Of a DNA stretch of 64,000 nt, positions 33,301-41,561 are shown in pieces. Below the pieces are notes generated by a model. It was not told the origin of the DNA. It did not search any database and saw only the letters and a program-made list of their open reading frames with translations. The first letter of the stretch is position 1; each line of letters starts with the position of its first letter. The DNA comes from Treponema sp. (GTDB lineage Bacteria > Spirochaetota > Spirochaetia > Treponematales > Breznakiellaceae), in NCBI GenBank assembly GCA_009787775.1, contig WQSQ01000001.1, positions 1,924-65,923 of the forward strand, written 5' to 3'. The translations under genes and the position numbers were made by a program.

Positions 33301-34667
33301 ACGATAACAACCTTCGTTTTGTAAGCGAGAAAACAGATTCAGGCACATTTGATTTGCGCATAGATAATGTAAAAACAGGCGAGAGGATTCCTGTTATCGG
33401 GAACAAGCGGGTAAAGGTGCTGCTTTCCAACATGGGAAATATTTCCACGGAGTACATGGGAGCCGCTGTCCGCGGACTTAATATAAATGCAGAAGCTCTG
33501 CCCGTTGCGACTAACAGGACAATCCAAATCGCGCGCGCTCACGCTTCCGGGAAGGAGTGCGTCCCAAGCCATCTTGTGCTTGGAAGCGCTCTTGAGTTTT
33601 TCTTCAGCGATAAATACCGCAAGGATGAGCTTTATCTCCTTTTTGTTCCGATCACGACAGGCCCGTGCCGTACGGGGCAGTACTATGTTTACTACGAAAA
33701 TCTTTTCCGCGATCTCCGCCTGGAAAATGTTGTGGTTTTTATCCTTTCCGCAGATAACTCCTACACGGAGCTTGGTCCGAGTTTCGCAAAACAGATGTGG
33801 ATAGGACTTGTGTTATCTGACTATTTAAAGGATATTCAGTGCTCGCTTTTGGCGACTGCCGCAGACCCTGTAAAAGCGCAGAAAGATTTTGAATCTTCGT
33901 GGCGCAGGGTAATGCATTCTGTCGAACACAATCCAAAGAATTTGTGGAAAGAGCTTAAGAGTGTCGCTGCCGATGTAAAGAAAATTCCGCTGAAGCGAAA
34001 GACCGTAGACTGCCCGCGCGTTTTAATTGTCGGCGAGATTTATGTTCGCCGCGATGACTTCGCAGTCGGCGAATTAATTGAGCTTATGAGCGAGAGGGGA
34101 ATTGTTGTAAAGATCGCCGGTGTTTCGGAGTGGATTCATTACCTTGATTTTGTGCGCGAGTACGCGTTTAAAAAATTGATTAACTTAAGAAAAAAGGGAA
34201 AACGGCTTTTCTCTAAACCCTGGAAGGATTTAAAAAAGCTGCAAATTGAAGAATGGTGGAAACACAGTATCGAGAAAAAAGTAATTGCAATTCTTGGGCC
34301 GACAGGACTCATTCCCGAAACACCTCACGACATGCACCGCATAATGAAGTATACAGTCGAGCATTTTGTTAACCTTGAATTAAACTCGGAAATCGCCGTC
34401 TCTTCAGGTTCGGCGGCAGCGGCAATGGAAGCAGGTTTCTCCGGCATCGTCAATATAAGCCCGTTTGCCTGTTTGATCGGACGGGTTATAGAAGGCCTCT
34501 TTACTCCATGGGCACGCGAGCGCAATTATCCGATTTTGTCGGTTGAAGTTGACGGAAACCTTCTGCCTCCGAACATTGTCAACAAGCTGAATATATTTAT
34601 GGTTAACGTGCTGCGCTTCAAAGGCGGCGGCGATTTATCAACGCTTGTGGATAAGGCAGGCAGGTAA
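30321..34667 (+). CDS. CoA-substrate-specific enzyme activase (two HgdC/BadF-type ATPase domains plus DUF2229-like/dehydratase-like regions)
   Basis: GINIGSTS and GVDGGSTTTK, KCASGTG and EACSAGTGSFL, IGGQDAK, CFPAEIAHG, NFSCAPD. Confidence 0.9.
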   Translation: MHDQSQKSLGINIGSTSLKMVILENNNVVWSASTPHEGDFNAAVHKLLADGKIENGLPALVTGNEGRFMFDVSGTLEPLCVEAALRNLEIKADAVVSMGGEDLIVYSLDTSGKIINSFSGNKCASGTGEFLKQQLARMDMTLNDIDKVSDTAKVHALSTRCSVFMKSDCTHRLNKREATKDDIVLSLSDVMAVKVIDFLKRAKVTSGRVVLTGGITLNRHIIRFIREKAPSIEFIIPQSAPVFEALGAAVMAPKSGSKLPAAEKLLRTNDVRFGTLGALRDWKDKVKVFEKSGDASGRKVRADRAYILGVDGGSTTTKACLVDMETDEITASHYGRTHGDPVKALKECLKIIQDKLIADTGSKEIDIRLVSATGSSREILGVFLETPGVYNEIIAHSVGTTYFDKEVETIFEIGGQDAKYVLLKNGVPIDYAMNEACSAGTGSFLEESAAGDLSIHRAADIGPIALDAASPCKFGEHCSAFINSDIRKAVQQGAGRENITAGIVCSIVANYLNRVVGNRTIGGKIFLQGGVAKNPAVPLAFAMLLNKEILVPPSPELMGCFGVALLAKRKRDEGLLTEQSIVLDEIINREIGYERVFACQSCENLCPIQVLNVNNHKYMFGGRCNKYTNMRKQVKDVPVFDYVGKRQKMLFEEFSAPCFSEEDSRRVCASLRENISRNFIIGIPRAFSVHTLYPLYSWFFHELGIKTFLSTEVAHAGVARAEAQYCFPAEIAHGAIQDCLDKGADYVLLPHFRDMPSYEEKVHANFCPITQALPYYMEKAFPDINKKKWLPLVVSFKFGEGKALELFCEMTKILGISEAETKAAFDIALAKQKEYFSAAEKMGLEALEDARKANRPVIALLGRPYNAFTPEANMGIPRKFTTRGYSIIPFDILPFRNETIFPNMYWFYGQQDLKAASLLKKEDNIYLTFISNFSCAPDSFILHYVKWMMGQKPFLVLELDSHSADAGVDTRVEAFLDIIDGYRAKKNEAEAQRYDNNLRFVSEKTDSGTFDLRIDNVKTGERIPVIGNKRVKVLLSNMGNISTEYMGAAVRGLNINAEALPVATNRTIQIARAHASGKECVPSHLVLGSALEFFFSDKYRKDELYLLFVPITTGPCRTGQYYVYYENLFRDLRLENVVVFILSADNSYTELGPSFAKQMWIGLVLSDYLKDIQCSLLATAADPVKAQKDFESSWRRVMHSVEHNPKNLWKELKSVAADVKKIPLKRKTVDCPRVLIVGEIYVRRDDFAVGELIELMSERGIVVKIAGVSEWIHYLDFVREYAFKKLINLRKKGKRLFSKPWKDLKKLQIEEWWKHSIEKKVIAILGPTGLIPETPHDMHRIMKYTVEHFVNLELNSEIAVSSGSAAAAMEAGFSGIVNISPFACLIGRVIEGLFTPWARERNYPILSVEVDGNLLPPNIVNKLNIFMVNVLRFKGGGDLSTLVDKAGR

Positions 34668-34679
34668 AAAAGGCTGATT

Positions 34680-35540
34680 ATGAAAAGACTTGAAAAAAGC
34701 ATTGATACACTCCTTAGCAATTACGATGAATACGGCATGATTAACCACTCAGGTTCTGTTAATCTTCCCGGCAGGGAGAGTATAGATGATATAGTACGCA
34801 GCCTTGAGGAGCTTCTTTTCCCGGGTTTTCTTGAAAACTTAAACACTGACAGAGCCGCTTTTAAAGATTTAACCGCTGAAAAAATAAACATGCTTTCTTT
34901 AGCGCTTAGGGGAGAAGTGGAAAAGAGCCTTGCCTTCTCTGTCCGGCTTGGCGCGTTAAACTGCGGGCATGAAGGATGCAGGGCGGTAGCGGCAATGGTT
35001 ATAGAAGAGTTTTTTGAAGAGCTGCCCAAGATCAGAATTGTTTTAAGCAAAGACCTTGAAGCGGCTGTCCGCGGGGATCCTGCGGCGATGAGCGCAGATG
35101 AGGTGATTCTTTCCTATCCGGGATTTCAGGCGATTATTGTTCATCGTATCGCTCACTTTTTCTGGACACGGCAGGTTCCCATCATTCCCAGGATGATGAG
35201 CGAACTTATTCACAGACGCACCGGCATTGACATCCATCCTGGCGCTGAAATTGACGAATCATTTTTTATTGATCACGGTACAGGTATTGTATTCGGAGAG
35301 ACTACGATAATAGGAAAGAATGTGAAGATTTATCAGGGTGTTACCCTTGGAGCGCTTTCTGTAAAAAAAGGCGAAAGCGGAAAGAAACGCCATCCTACCA
35401 TCGAAGACAATGTAACAATTTACGCTAACGCGACTATTCTCGGCGGTGAAACCGTTATCGGGCATAACAGCATTATCGGAGGCAATGTGTGGATAACACA
35501 GTCTGTCCCGCCAGGCAGTAAGGTTTATAATAAGTTGTAG
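34680..35540 (+). CDS. cysE: Serine O-acetyltransferase
   Basis: GDPAA, TGIDIHPGA, FFIDHGTG, KRHPT hexapeptide region. Confidence 0.93.
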   Translation: MKRLEKSIDTLLSNYDEYGMINHSGSVNLPGRESIDDIVRSLEELLFPGFLENLNTDRAAFKDLTAEKINMLSLALRGEVEKSLAFSVRLGALNCGHEGCRAVAAMVIEEFFEELPKIRIVLSKDLEAAVRGDPAAMSADEVILSYPGFQAIIVHRIAHFFWTRQVPIIPRMMSELIHRRTGIDIHPGAEIDESFFIDHGTGIVFGETTIIGKNVKIYQGVTLGALSVKKGESGKKRHPTIEDNVTIYANATILGGETVIGHNSIIGGNVWITQSVPPGSKVYNKL

Positions 35541-35703
35541 ATATCTGTTATGTCATTGTCGAATATACCCAAATCTGATTTATTATCAATTAACCGGTTT
35601 AACGTTTATTCAAATGTTCCGGTTACAAGCTGCTCGCTTAAATTAACTGTAAAAAATAACCCTTGACCTTTATACGATTGTAGAAATGGGTTTTGAATTG
35701 ATC

Positions 35704-36024
35704 TTAAAGAGGTTTATTAAAAATACCTTTTTTTATATTATTCATAGCCTGTTCAATATTCTGAATAATTTCTTTTTCTATTCTGTTGAGCATTATATTA
35801 TCATAATAAATACTATTATCTGACAAAAAAAATGCAAAAATTGGAATATCCAGATTTTCTGCTAATTTATCCATTAAATTAGCAGAGGCAAAAACAATTC
35901 CCCTTTCAATTTCGCTCAAATGCTTAACAGTTATTTCTACATTTTCTGATAGTTGCTCCTGCGATAATTTCCTTTCTTTTCGGAAATGTTTTAAATTTTT
36001 CCCAAATACACCTTTCACGTTCAT
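35704..36024 (-). CDS. XRE-family transcriptional regulator
   Basis: LSQEQLSE..ITVKHLSEIERG HTH; divergent from the lipoprotein. Confidence 0.88.
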   Translation of the reverse strand: MNVKGVFGKNLKHFRKERKLSQEQLSENVEITVKHLSEIERGIVFASANLMDKLAENLDIPIFAFFLSDNSIYYDNIMLNRIEKEIIQNIEQAMNNIKKGIFNKPL

Positions 36025-36126
36025 ATTTATTAGCTTAAAGTAACAAAATATAATGGAACAATAACGTATTTGGGTATCATTTCATGAATATATGATATAT
36101 TTTCAACGTATTTCGTTTATTTATTA

Positions 36127-36184
36127 TTGACTTATAACCCTATTAAGTTTAATATAGTAAATAATTGCACATTTTAAGTGCAAT
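36127..36184 (+). promoter_or_regulatory. Promoter of the lipoprotein gene with a downstream palindromic operator candidate
   Basis: TTGACT(36127)-17-TAATAT(36150); ATTGCAC-N7-GTGCAAT at 36164-36184. Confidence 0.5.
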
Positions 36185-36219
36185 ATTCAGTCATAAAGAC
36201 TTAAAATAGAAGGGGAAAA

Positions 36220-37332
36220 ATGAAAAAAAGATTTTTCATGCTGGGAATATTGGTAATAGTACTGGTATTCGGAATGATGGTTATTGGGTGTGATTTCTTA
36301 GGCGGCAATGATGACAATGAGCCAGGCAGCAATGGTAGTGGCGGAGGTGGTAATACCGGTGGAGTTGGTAGCAGTAGAAATAATGCCAGATCAGTTTCAG
36401 TTGGATATACAAGTTCCCATACCATAAATTTAAACGGTGAATACTGGTTTAAGTATGAAGCAAATGGAAACCCAGTGATCTTTGAAACCACAGGTAATGT
36501 TGTTGATACATATATGGATGTATATAGAGACACTAGTACCTCAGTATATAGTACTGGAGGTACATATGATAATGATAGCGGAGAAGGTTCTAATGCTTTA
36601 TGTAGCTATACGTCAACAACATCTGGATCAACTTATTATATAAAAATTACCACTCGGAATCAAACAAGTGGAACTTATAGTTTCGTAGTAAAACAACCTA
36701 CAGCTAATATCCGCACTAATCCTATAATTGTTTCTTTAGGGAATTCATCTTCTCATATTATCAATTCAAGTAGTACACATTGGTTCAGATTTGAAGGAAC
36801 AGGAAATCGTGTGTTTTTTAAAACAGAAGGTAATGTGGTTAATACGAATATTTCTATCTTTGCTGGGGATAATACATCAAGTAGCTATTCTGGTGCTAAT
36901 CCAATAAGTTTTTTTACTGTATCAGGTACAACATATTTTATTAGCATCACAGGAAATGCTGGTACATACTCCTTTACTGTTCAGCACGGTGATGGTAATG
37001 GTAGTTCACGATTTAATGCCAAGACAGTTGCAATTGGTAATTCTACATCCCACAATATTAATCTAAATGGAGAACACTGGTTTACTTTCTTTGGTACAGG
37101 TAATCCAGTAACTTTTGAAACTACAGGCAATGTGGTGGATACTTATATGGAGGTATATAGAGGTAATAATACCTCAGTATATAACACTGGAAGTTCATAT
37201 AATGATAACCATACTACAGGGAACCTAAACGCCAGAGTAATTTATAATCCGTCAACTTTAGGAGCAACATATTTCATAAAAGTTACTCAAAGACAGAGTA
37301 CACAAGGCACTTACACTTTCGTGGTAGAATAA
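36220..37332 (+). CDS. Spirochetal lipoprotein with three tandem beta-rich (PPC-like) domains
   Basis: MKK..VFGMMVIGC lipobox, Gly/Asn linker, three related repeats (..W F..GN.V.F.T.GNVV.T..GTY.F.V). Confidence 0.85.
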   Translation: MKKRFFMLGILVIVLVFGMMVIGCDFLGGNDDNEPGSNGSGGGGNTGGVGSSRNNARSVSVGYTSSHTINLNGEYWFKYEANGNPVIFETTGNVVDTYMDVYRDTSTSVYSTGGTYDNDSGEGSNALCSYTSTTSGSTYYIKITTRNQTSGTYSFVVKQPTANIRTNPIIVSLGNSSSHIINSSSTHWFRFEGTGNRVFFKTEGNVVNTNISIFAGDNTSSSYSGANPISFFTVSGTTYFISITGNAGTYSFTVQHGDGNGSSRFNAKTVAIGNSTSHNINLNGEHWFTFFGTGNPVTFETTGNVVDTYMEVYRGNNTSVYNTGSSYNDNHTTGNLNARVIYNPSTLGATYFIKVTQRQSTQGTYTFVVE

Positions 37333-37341
37333 ATATACAAT

Positions 37342-37370
37342 ACCGCCGTATTTTTACGGCGGTGTTTTAT
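37342..37370 (+). terminator. Intrinsic terminator
   Basis: ACCGCCGTA-TTTT-TACGGCGGT followed by GTTTTAT. Confidence 0.8.
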
Positions 37371-37632
37371 TCATAAACCTTTATACAACCATTGCGTAAA
37401 TGTCGTATAACTACTTTTAAACAAAATACGTATAACCCGCAAATGACTGAAAAAAGTTAATGCCGCTTTAATATCAAAAGATACATATTAAGCGAACAAA
37501 AGTGTCGTCTAACTTACAAAATAAGAATATAAAACGACATATAGTTAATTTCTACTATGTTATTTCTTTCTTTGTGAATAAATAAACATTAGACTTTTTC
37601 GAAAACTTGTCGGAGTTGTCTGAGAGGTTTGA

Positions 37633-37668
37633 AGTCTGTCTATAAATATGTTCACATGTTGACAGACT
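37633..37668. repeat. REP-like palindrome, degenerate copy
   Basis: AGTCTGTC...GACAGACT; resembles the reverse complement of 47643-47676. Confidence 0.55.
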
Positions 37669-37866
37669 CAATTATTTAAAAAATGAAACATAAAAATTTT
37701 AAAAATTAATACACTTACGGTTAAATCATATTCTTCCCTCTGTTTTTGCGTGCCTTCTTGTAAATCGGGGGATTTACATTCCTGATAAATTCATTTCTTC
37801 ATGACAATTCAGTTTTAGGGTATTATCTAGCATTGTTCCTTGATATTCTGATACAAAGTTCCTGCC

Positions 37867-37895
37867 TTGACTTATATACCACTTTAGACTATAGT
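37867..37895 (+). promoter_or_regulatory. Candidate sigma70 promoter whose -10 lies in the first unit of the 23-bp array
   Basis: TTGACT(37867-37872)-17-TATAGT(37890-37895). Confidence 0.5.
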
Positions 37896-38034
37896 GATAT
37901 CACACTTTAGTCTATAGTAATATGTCACTATAGACTGTAGTTAATATTCACTATAGTCTAAAGTGAACTATCACTATAGTCTATAGTTGTATATCACTTT
38001 AGGCTATAGTGACAGCTTACTATAGGCTGAATGA
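37880..38034. repeat. Array of 7 x 23-bp units: 17-bp palindrome CACTATAG-N-CTATAGTG plus variable 6-bp spacer
   Basis: Units start at 37880, 37903, 37926, 37949, 37972, 37995, 38018; spacers ATATCA, ATATGT, AATATT, AACTAT, GTATAT, ACAGCT. Confidence 0.95.
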
Positions 38035-38173
38035 TGAACTAATACTAGAGAAGAAAGAGAAACTTGTTAACGCTGAGTTTATCTGAGGTTTCAATGTATA
38101 ACCGGAAGCTGGCTTTACTCTGTGGTTAAAAATTCAAAGCACACGCATATGCTCAGGCACAGCTTGCGTGTAC

Positions 38174-38210
38174 TAATTACTATTGTTTTTATCTAAAACA
38201 GCAGTAATTA
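38174..38210. terminator. AT-rich hairpin downstream of parE, possible terminator
   Basis: TAATTACTATTGTTTT...AAAACAGCAGTAATTA imperfect inverted repeat. Confidence 0.4.
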
Positions 38211-38243
38211 TACTTACGCTTACCAATACCGTAGTTATTGAGA

Positions 38244-40283
38244 TTATCCCGCGTCTTCAATCAGGTTCTTCATGATATATTCGCGCCGTTCAGGGGTATT
38301 CTTACCCATGTAGAAGTTAAGTACCTGCGGAACCTGCTTTAAGGTGTTCACAGAGACAGGCACAAGGCGCATATCCTCTCCGATAAACTGGCCGAACTCT
38401 TTAGGGCTGATCTCCCCTAACCCCTTAAAACGGGTTATCTCGCTTTGGGAACCGAGAGCGGAGGCGGCTTCATCGCGTTCTTTTTCCGTGTAGCAGTAGC
38501 GGGTTTCTTTCTTTGTGCGCACGCGGAAAAGCGGCGTTTCAAGGATAAAAACATGTCCCGCTGTGACAAGCTCTTCAAAGTAGGAGAGGAAAAACGTTAA
38601 AAGCAGGTTGCGTATATGAAAGCCGTCAAAGTCCGCGTCTGTAGCGATTACAATTTTCGCGTAACGAAGGCTTTCGATGTCGTTATCAATGCCCAGCGCC
38701 ATCATCATGTTAAAGAGCTCTTCGTTTTTATAAATTGCGGCGCGTTTTTTGCCGTATACATTTTCCACTTTTCCGCGGAGAGCGAAAATAGCCTGAGTCA
38801 TTACATCGCGGCTTGATACAATTGAGCCTGCGGCGGAATCGCCTTCTGTAATAAAAATGGTCGATGTCTCCCCGTCCTTGCCGTCTTCCAGATGGTATTT
38901 GCAGTCTTTAAGCTTTGGGATTTTAAGGGCGATTTTCTTTGCAGCCTCGCGCGCTTCCTTTTTAACGGCGTTAAGCTCGGTGCGCAAAGACTCGTTTGCC
39001 ATTATTTTCTGTTCCAGTTTCTTGCACGCTTCGGGATTTTTATGAAGCCAGTCTTCAACAGCATTGCGCACTTCCTGCACAACCCAGGCGCGGATATCCG
39101 AGTTTCCAAGTTTATTCTTTGTCTGGCTTTCAAAAACGGGATTTTTAAGTTTGATGGCAATCGCTGCGGTTGTGCCTTCGCGGACATCCTCGGATCGGTA
39201 GTCTTTTTTATAAAAGGTCTGAATCCCTTTTAAGAACCCTTCCTTGAACGCTGAAAGGTGGGTTCCTCCGTCGGAAGTGTACTGGCCGTTTACAAACGAA
39301 AAATATTCCTCACCGTAATTATTGGTATGTGTAAACGCGATCTCAAGCTGTCCGTTAGGTGAATGAACGCCCCTGTAATAACCGAGCGGATAGAGTCCGT
39401 CTTCTCCTGTTTCTTCCTGCAGGAGATCATAAAGTCCGCGTGCGGATACAAACTTTTTACCGTTAAATGTTAAACTAAGTCCTGCGTTCAGATACGCGTA
39501 ATTTTGGATTCGCTTTTCGATAAACTCAGTGTTGAATAAATAGTCTTTGAATATTTCAGGATCAGGAATAAATTCCACCAATGTCCCGTCTTTAACTTTT
39601 TCTTTCAATCTTCCCTTGCGCTGGCTTTTAAGGGTTCCCCTTTCAAAAATGGCTTCCGCAAATTCTTCGCCGCGAACCGCGACTACCCTGAAATGAACAG
39701 ACAGCGCGTTTACAGCCTTTGTTCCGACTCCGTTAAGACCGACAGAAAACTGAAACACATCGTCATTGTACTTGGCGCCGGTATTGATTATGGACACGCA
39801 CTCGACAAGTTTCCCAAGCGGTATGCCTCTGCCAAAATCGCGTACCTTGACCATAGCCTTTCCCGGTATTTCAATATCTTTGACAACTGTTTCAATAAGT
39901 TTTCCGTTACCCATGATAAACTCATCAATGCCGTTATCAATTATTTCTTTTAGTAAAACATATATCCCGTCATCCGGGTTGGAACCGTCTCCAAGCCGCC
40001 CGATATACATTCCTGTTCGCAGTCTTATATGTTCAAGCGAAGAGAGCGTCTTGATTTTTGATTCATCATAAACAGATGATTTCCCTGTAACAGCGGCGGT
40101 CTTCGGCACGGCAGTTTTGGAAGCTACGGCACTAGCTGAGGCAGCTTTAGCTGAAACAGCTTTTGACGCAGATTTAGAAATCGCAGTTTTACTCGTTTTG
40201 GACGCCTCTTTACCAGCGGCCTTTTTCGCCGCAGGCTTTGCTTTCACGGCAGATTTTTTCGTATTTGATTTTTTTACCGGCAT
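38244..40283 (-). CDS. parE: Type IIA topoisomerase B subunit, probably Topo IV ParE, with Lys/Ala-rich N-terminal extension
   Basis: EHIRLRTGMYIG, DNGIDE, GLNGVG, EGDSA, DADFDG, RFKGLGE. Confidence 0.85.
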   Translation of the reverse strand: MPVKKSNTKKSAVKAKPAAKKAAGKEASKTSKTAISKSASKAVSAKAASASAVASKTAVPKTAAVTGKSSVYDESKIKTLSSLEHIRLRTGMYIGRLGDGSNPDDGIYVLLKEIIDNGIDEFIMGNGKLIETVVKDIEIPGKAMVKVRDFGRGIPLGKLVECVSIINTGAKYNDDVFQFSVGLNGVGTKAVNALSVHFRVVAVRGEEFAEAIFERGTLKSQRKGRLKEKVKDGTLVEFIPDPEIFKDYLFNTEFIEKRIQNYAYLNAGLSLTFNGKKFVSARGLYDLLQEETGEDGLYPLGYYRGVHSPNGQLEIAFTHTNNYGEEYFSFVNGQYTSDGGTHLSAFKEGFLKGIQTFYKKDYRSEDVREGTTAAIAIKLKNPVFESQTKNKLGNSDIRAWVVQEVRNAVEDWLHKNPEACKKLEQKIMANESLRTELNAVKKEAREAAKKIALKIPKLKDCKYHLEDGKDGETSTIFITEGDSAAGSIVSSRDVMTQAIFALRGKVENVYGKKRAAIYKNEELFNMMMALGIDNDIESLRYAKIVIATDADFDGFHIRNLLLTFFLSYFEELVTAGHVFILETPLFRVRTKKETRYCYTEKERDEAASALGSQSEITRFKGLGEISPKEFGQFIGEDMRLVPVSVNTLKQVPQVLNFYMGKNTPERREYIMKNLIEDAG

Positions 40284-40291
40284 ACATTACC

Positions 40292-41395
40292 TTAAAGTTG
40301 TTTTTCAAGTTCCTGGATATATTTTTCGCAGTCGCGGACACTTTCGTCCAGATCACTGATTGCGTCCTGAAGATCAGTGATTTTACTTTTCTTGTCTTCA
40401 ATTGATTTTTTAAACTTTTCGATTTTCGACTTTTCATCATCAATCGCAAGAGAAGCGCGCAGCTTAGATATCGCTTTTTCATTGTCAGTTAAAGATTGAT
40501 TTAATTTTACCGCTCTTGAGATTATCTCTCCGTCTTCGGCTGTTACAATTGTATCAATAAAATATTTCCGCTCAGGGGTTATGTCTTCATCAATACCGGC
40601 AGTCTGGGCGCCGAACTTCTTGTATAAACCGTTTAGGGCTTCTTTTACCTGATTAATATGATTCCGAAAAGATTGAATTTGTTTTTGCGGATTGCCGTCA
40701 ATTCCAAAAGAGGCAGTTATAATTCGTTTTTCATCTCTCAATGAGGAAATCTCATCAATTGCAGTTCGCGAAATACTTCGAAGATTGTCGGCTTCTGCGC
40801 GTATTATGGATACTTCATCGTCTCTGTAAATTAATTCACGATCGTTATAACGCTCTCCTATATTGTGATAAAGCTGTTCCTGATTTTCCTGTGTTTTTGA
40901 AAGGAATGTTTTAAGTACAAGCCCCTGTGCGCTTTTTCCTATCCAGGAAAAAACATTGCCTCCGTCCTTGTTTTCAAGCTCGCTGATACGGGTCTCAAGC
41001 GATTCAATCTTGGAAGTCAAGGTATTGGCCTGTTCTTTAAAAAGGGAAGTGTAGTCATTATAATCGCTGTTTCCAAGCAAAGCCTTCCCTAGTCTGCGGT
41101 AAATAACCGCCATTTCTTTTGCGCGTTCTTTCTCCTGATGCTCTCTTATTTCGATTGCGTCTTCCAATTCCTTTAAACGCTGGTTCTTCTCTTCAATTCT
41201 GGAAATAGCGGTATTGGATTCTGATATGTCAAGAATGTATGTATTATATTGACTTATATCTTCAAAATTGTTCTGTATTTCCTTTGTACGGACATACAGT
41301 GCTTCGCCAAAACCTTCCAAAAGAGCGTCAAGGGATGAGCGGGATTCCTGGCTGTTTTTCAAAAGGTCGTCAATTCTTTTCCTTCTGTCATCCAT
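40292..41395 (-). CDS. Hypothetical coiled-coil protein
   Basis: Heptad-rich throughout; 8 bp upstream of parE, so probably co-transcribed. Confidence 0.8.
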   Translation of the reverse strand: MDDRRKRIDDLLKNSQESRSSLDALLEGFGEALYVRTKEIQNNFEDISQYNTYILDISESNTAISRIEEKNQRLKELEDAIEIREHQEKERAKEMAVIYRRLGKALLGNSDYNDYTSLFKEQANTLTSKIESLETRISELENKDGGNVFSWIGKSAQGLVLKTFLSKTQENQEQLYHNIGERYNDRELIYRDDEVSIIRAEADNLRSISRTAIDEISSLRDEKRIITASFGIDGNPQKQIQSFRNHINQVKEALNGLYKKFGAQTAGIDEDITPERKYFIDTIVTAEDGEIISRAVKLNQSLTDNEKAISKLRASLAIDDEKSKIEKFKKSIEDKKSKITDLQDAISDLDESVRDCEKYIQELEKQL

Positions 41396-41561
41396 GTTTA
41401 TAATATACGCTTTTTTTTATAAATAGGGAATAGGATTCGAGAATGAGGAAAAAGAATGCCGCCGGATATCTATTACTCATTCCTTAATTTTTTACTTGTA
41501 AAATAGTAAAAACTAGCGTTAAAATTAACAGATATACTGAAATTGTAAAATAGGAGAGATT

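Noticed and set aside
36220-37332. Diversity-generating retroelement or cassette-switching explanation for the lipoprotein repeats
   Set aside because: No reverse transcriptase, invertase or near-identical template repeat; divergence looks like old intragenic duplication
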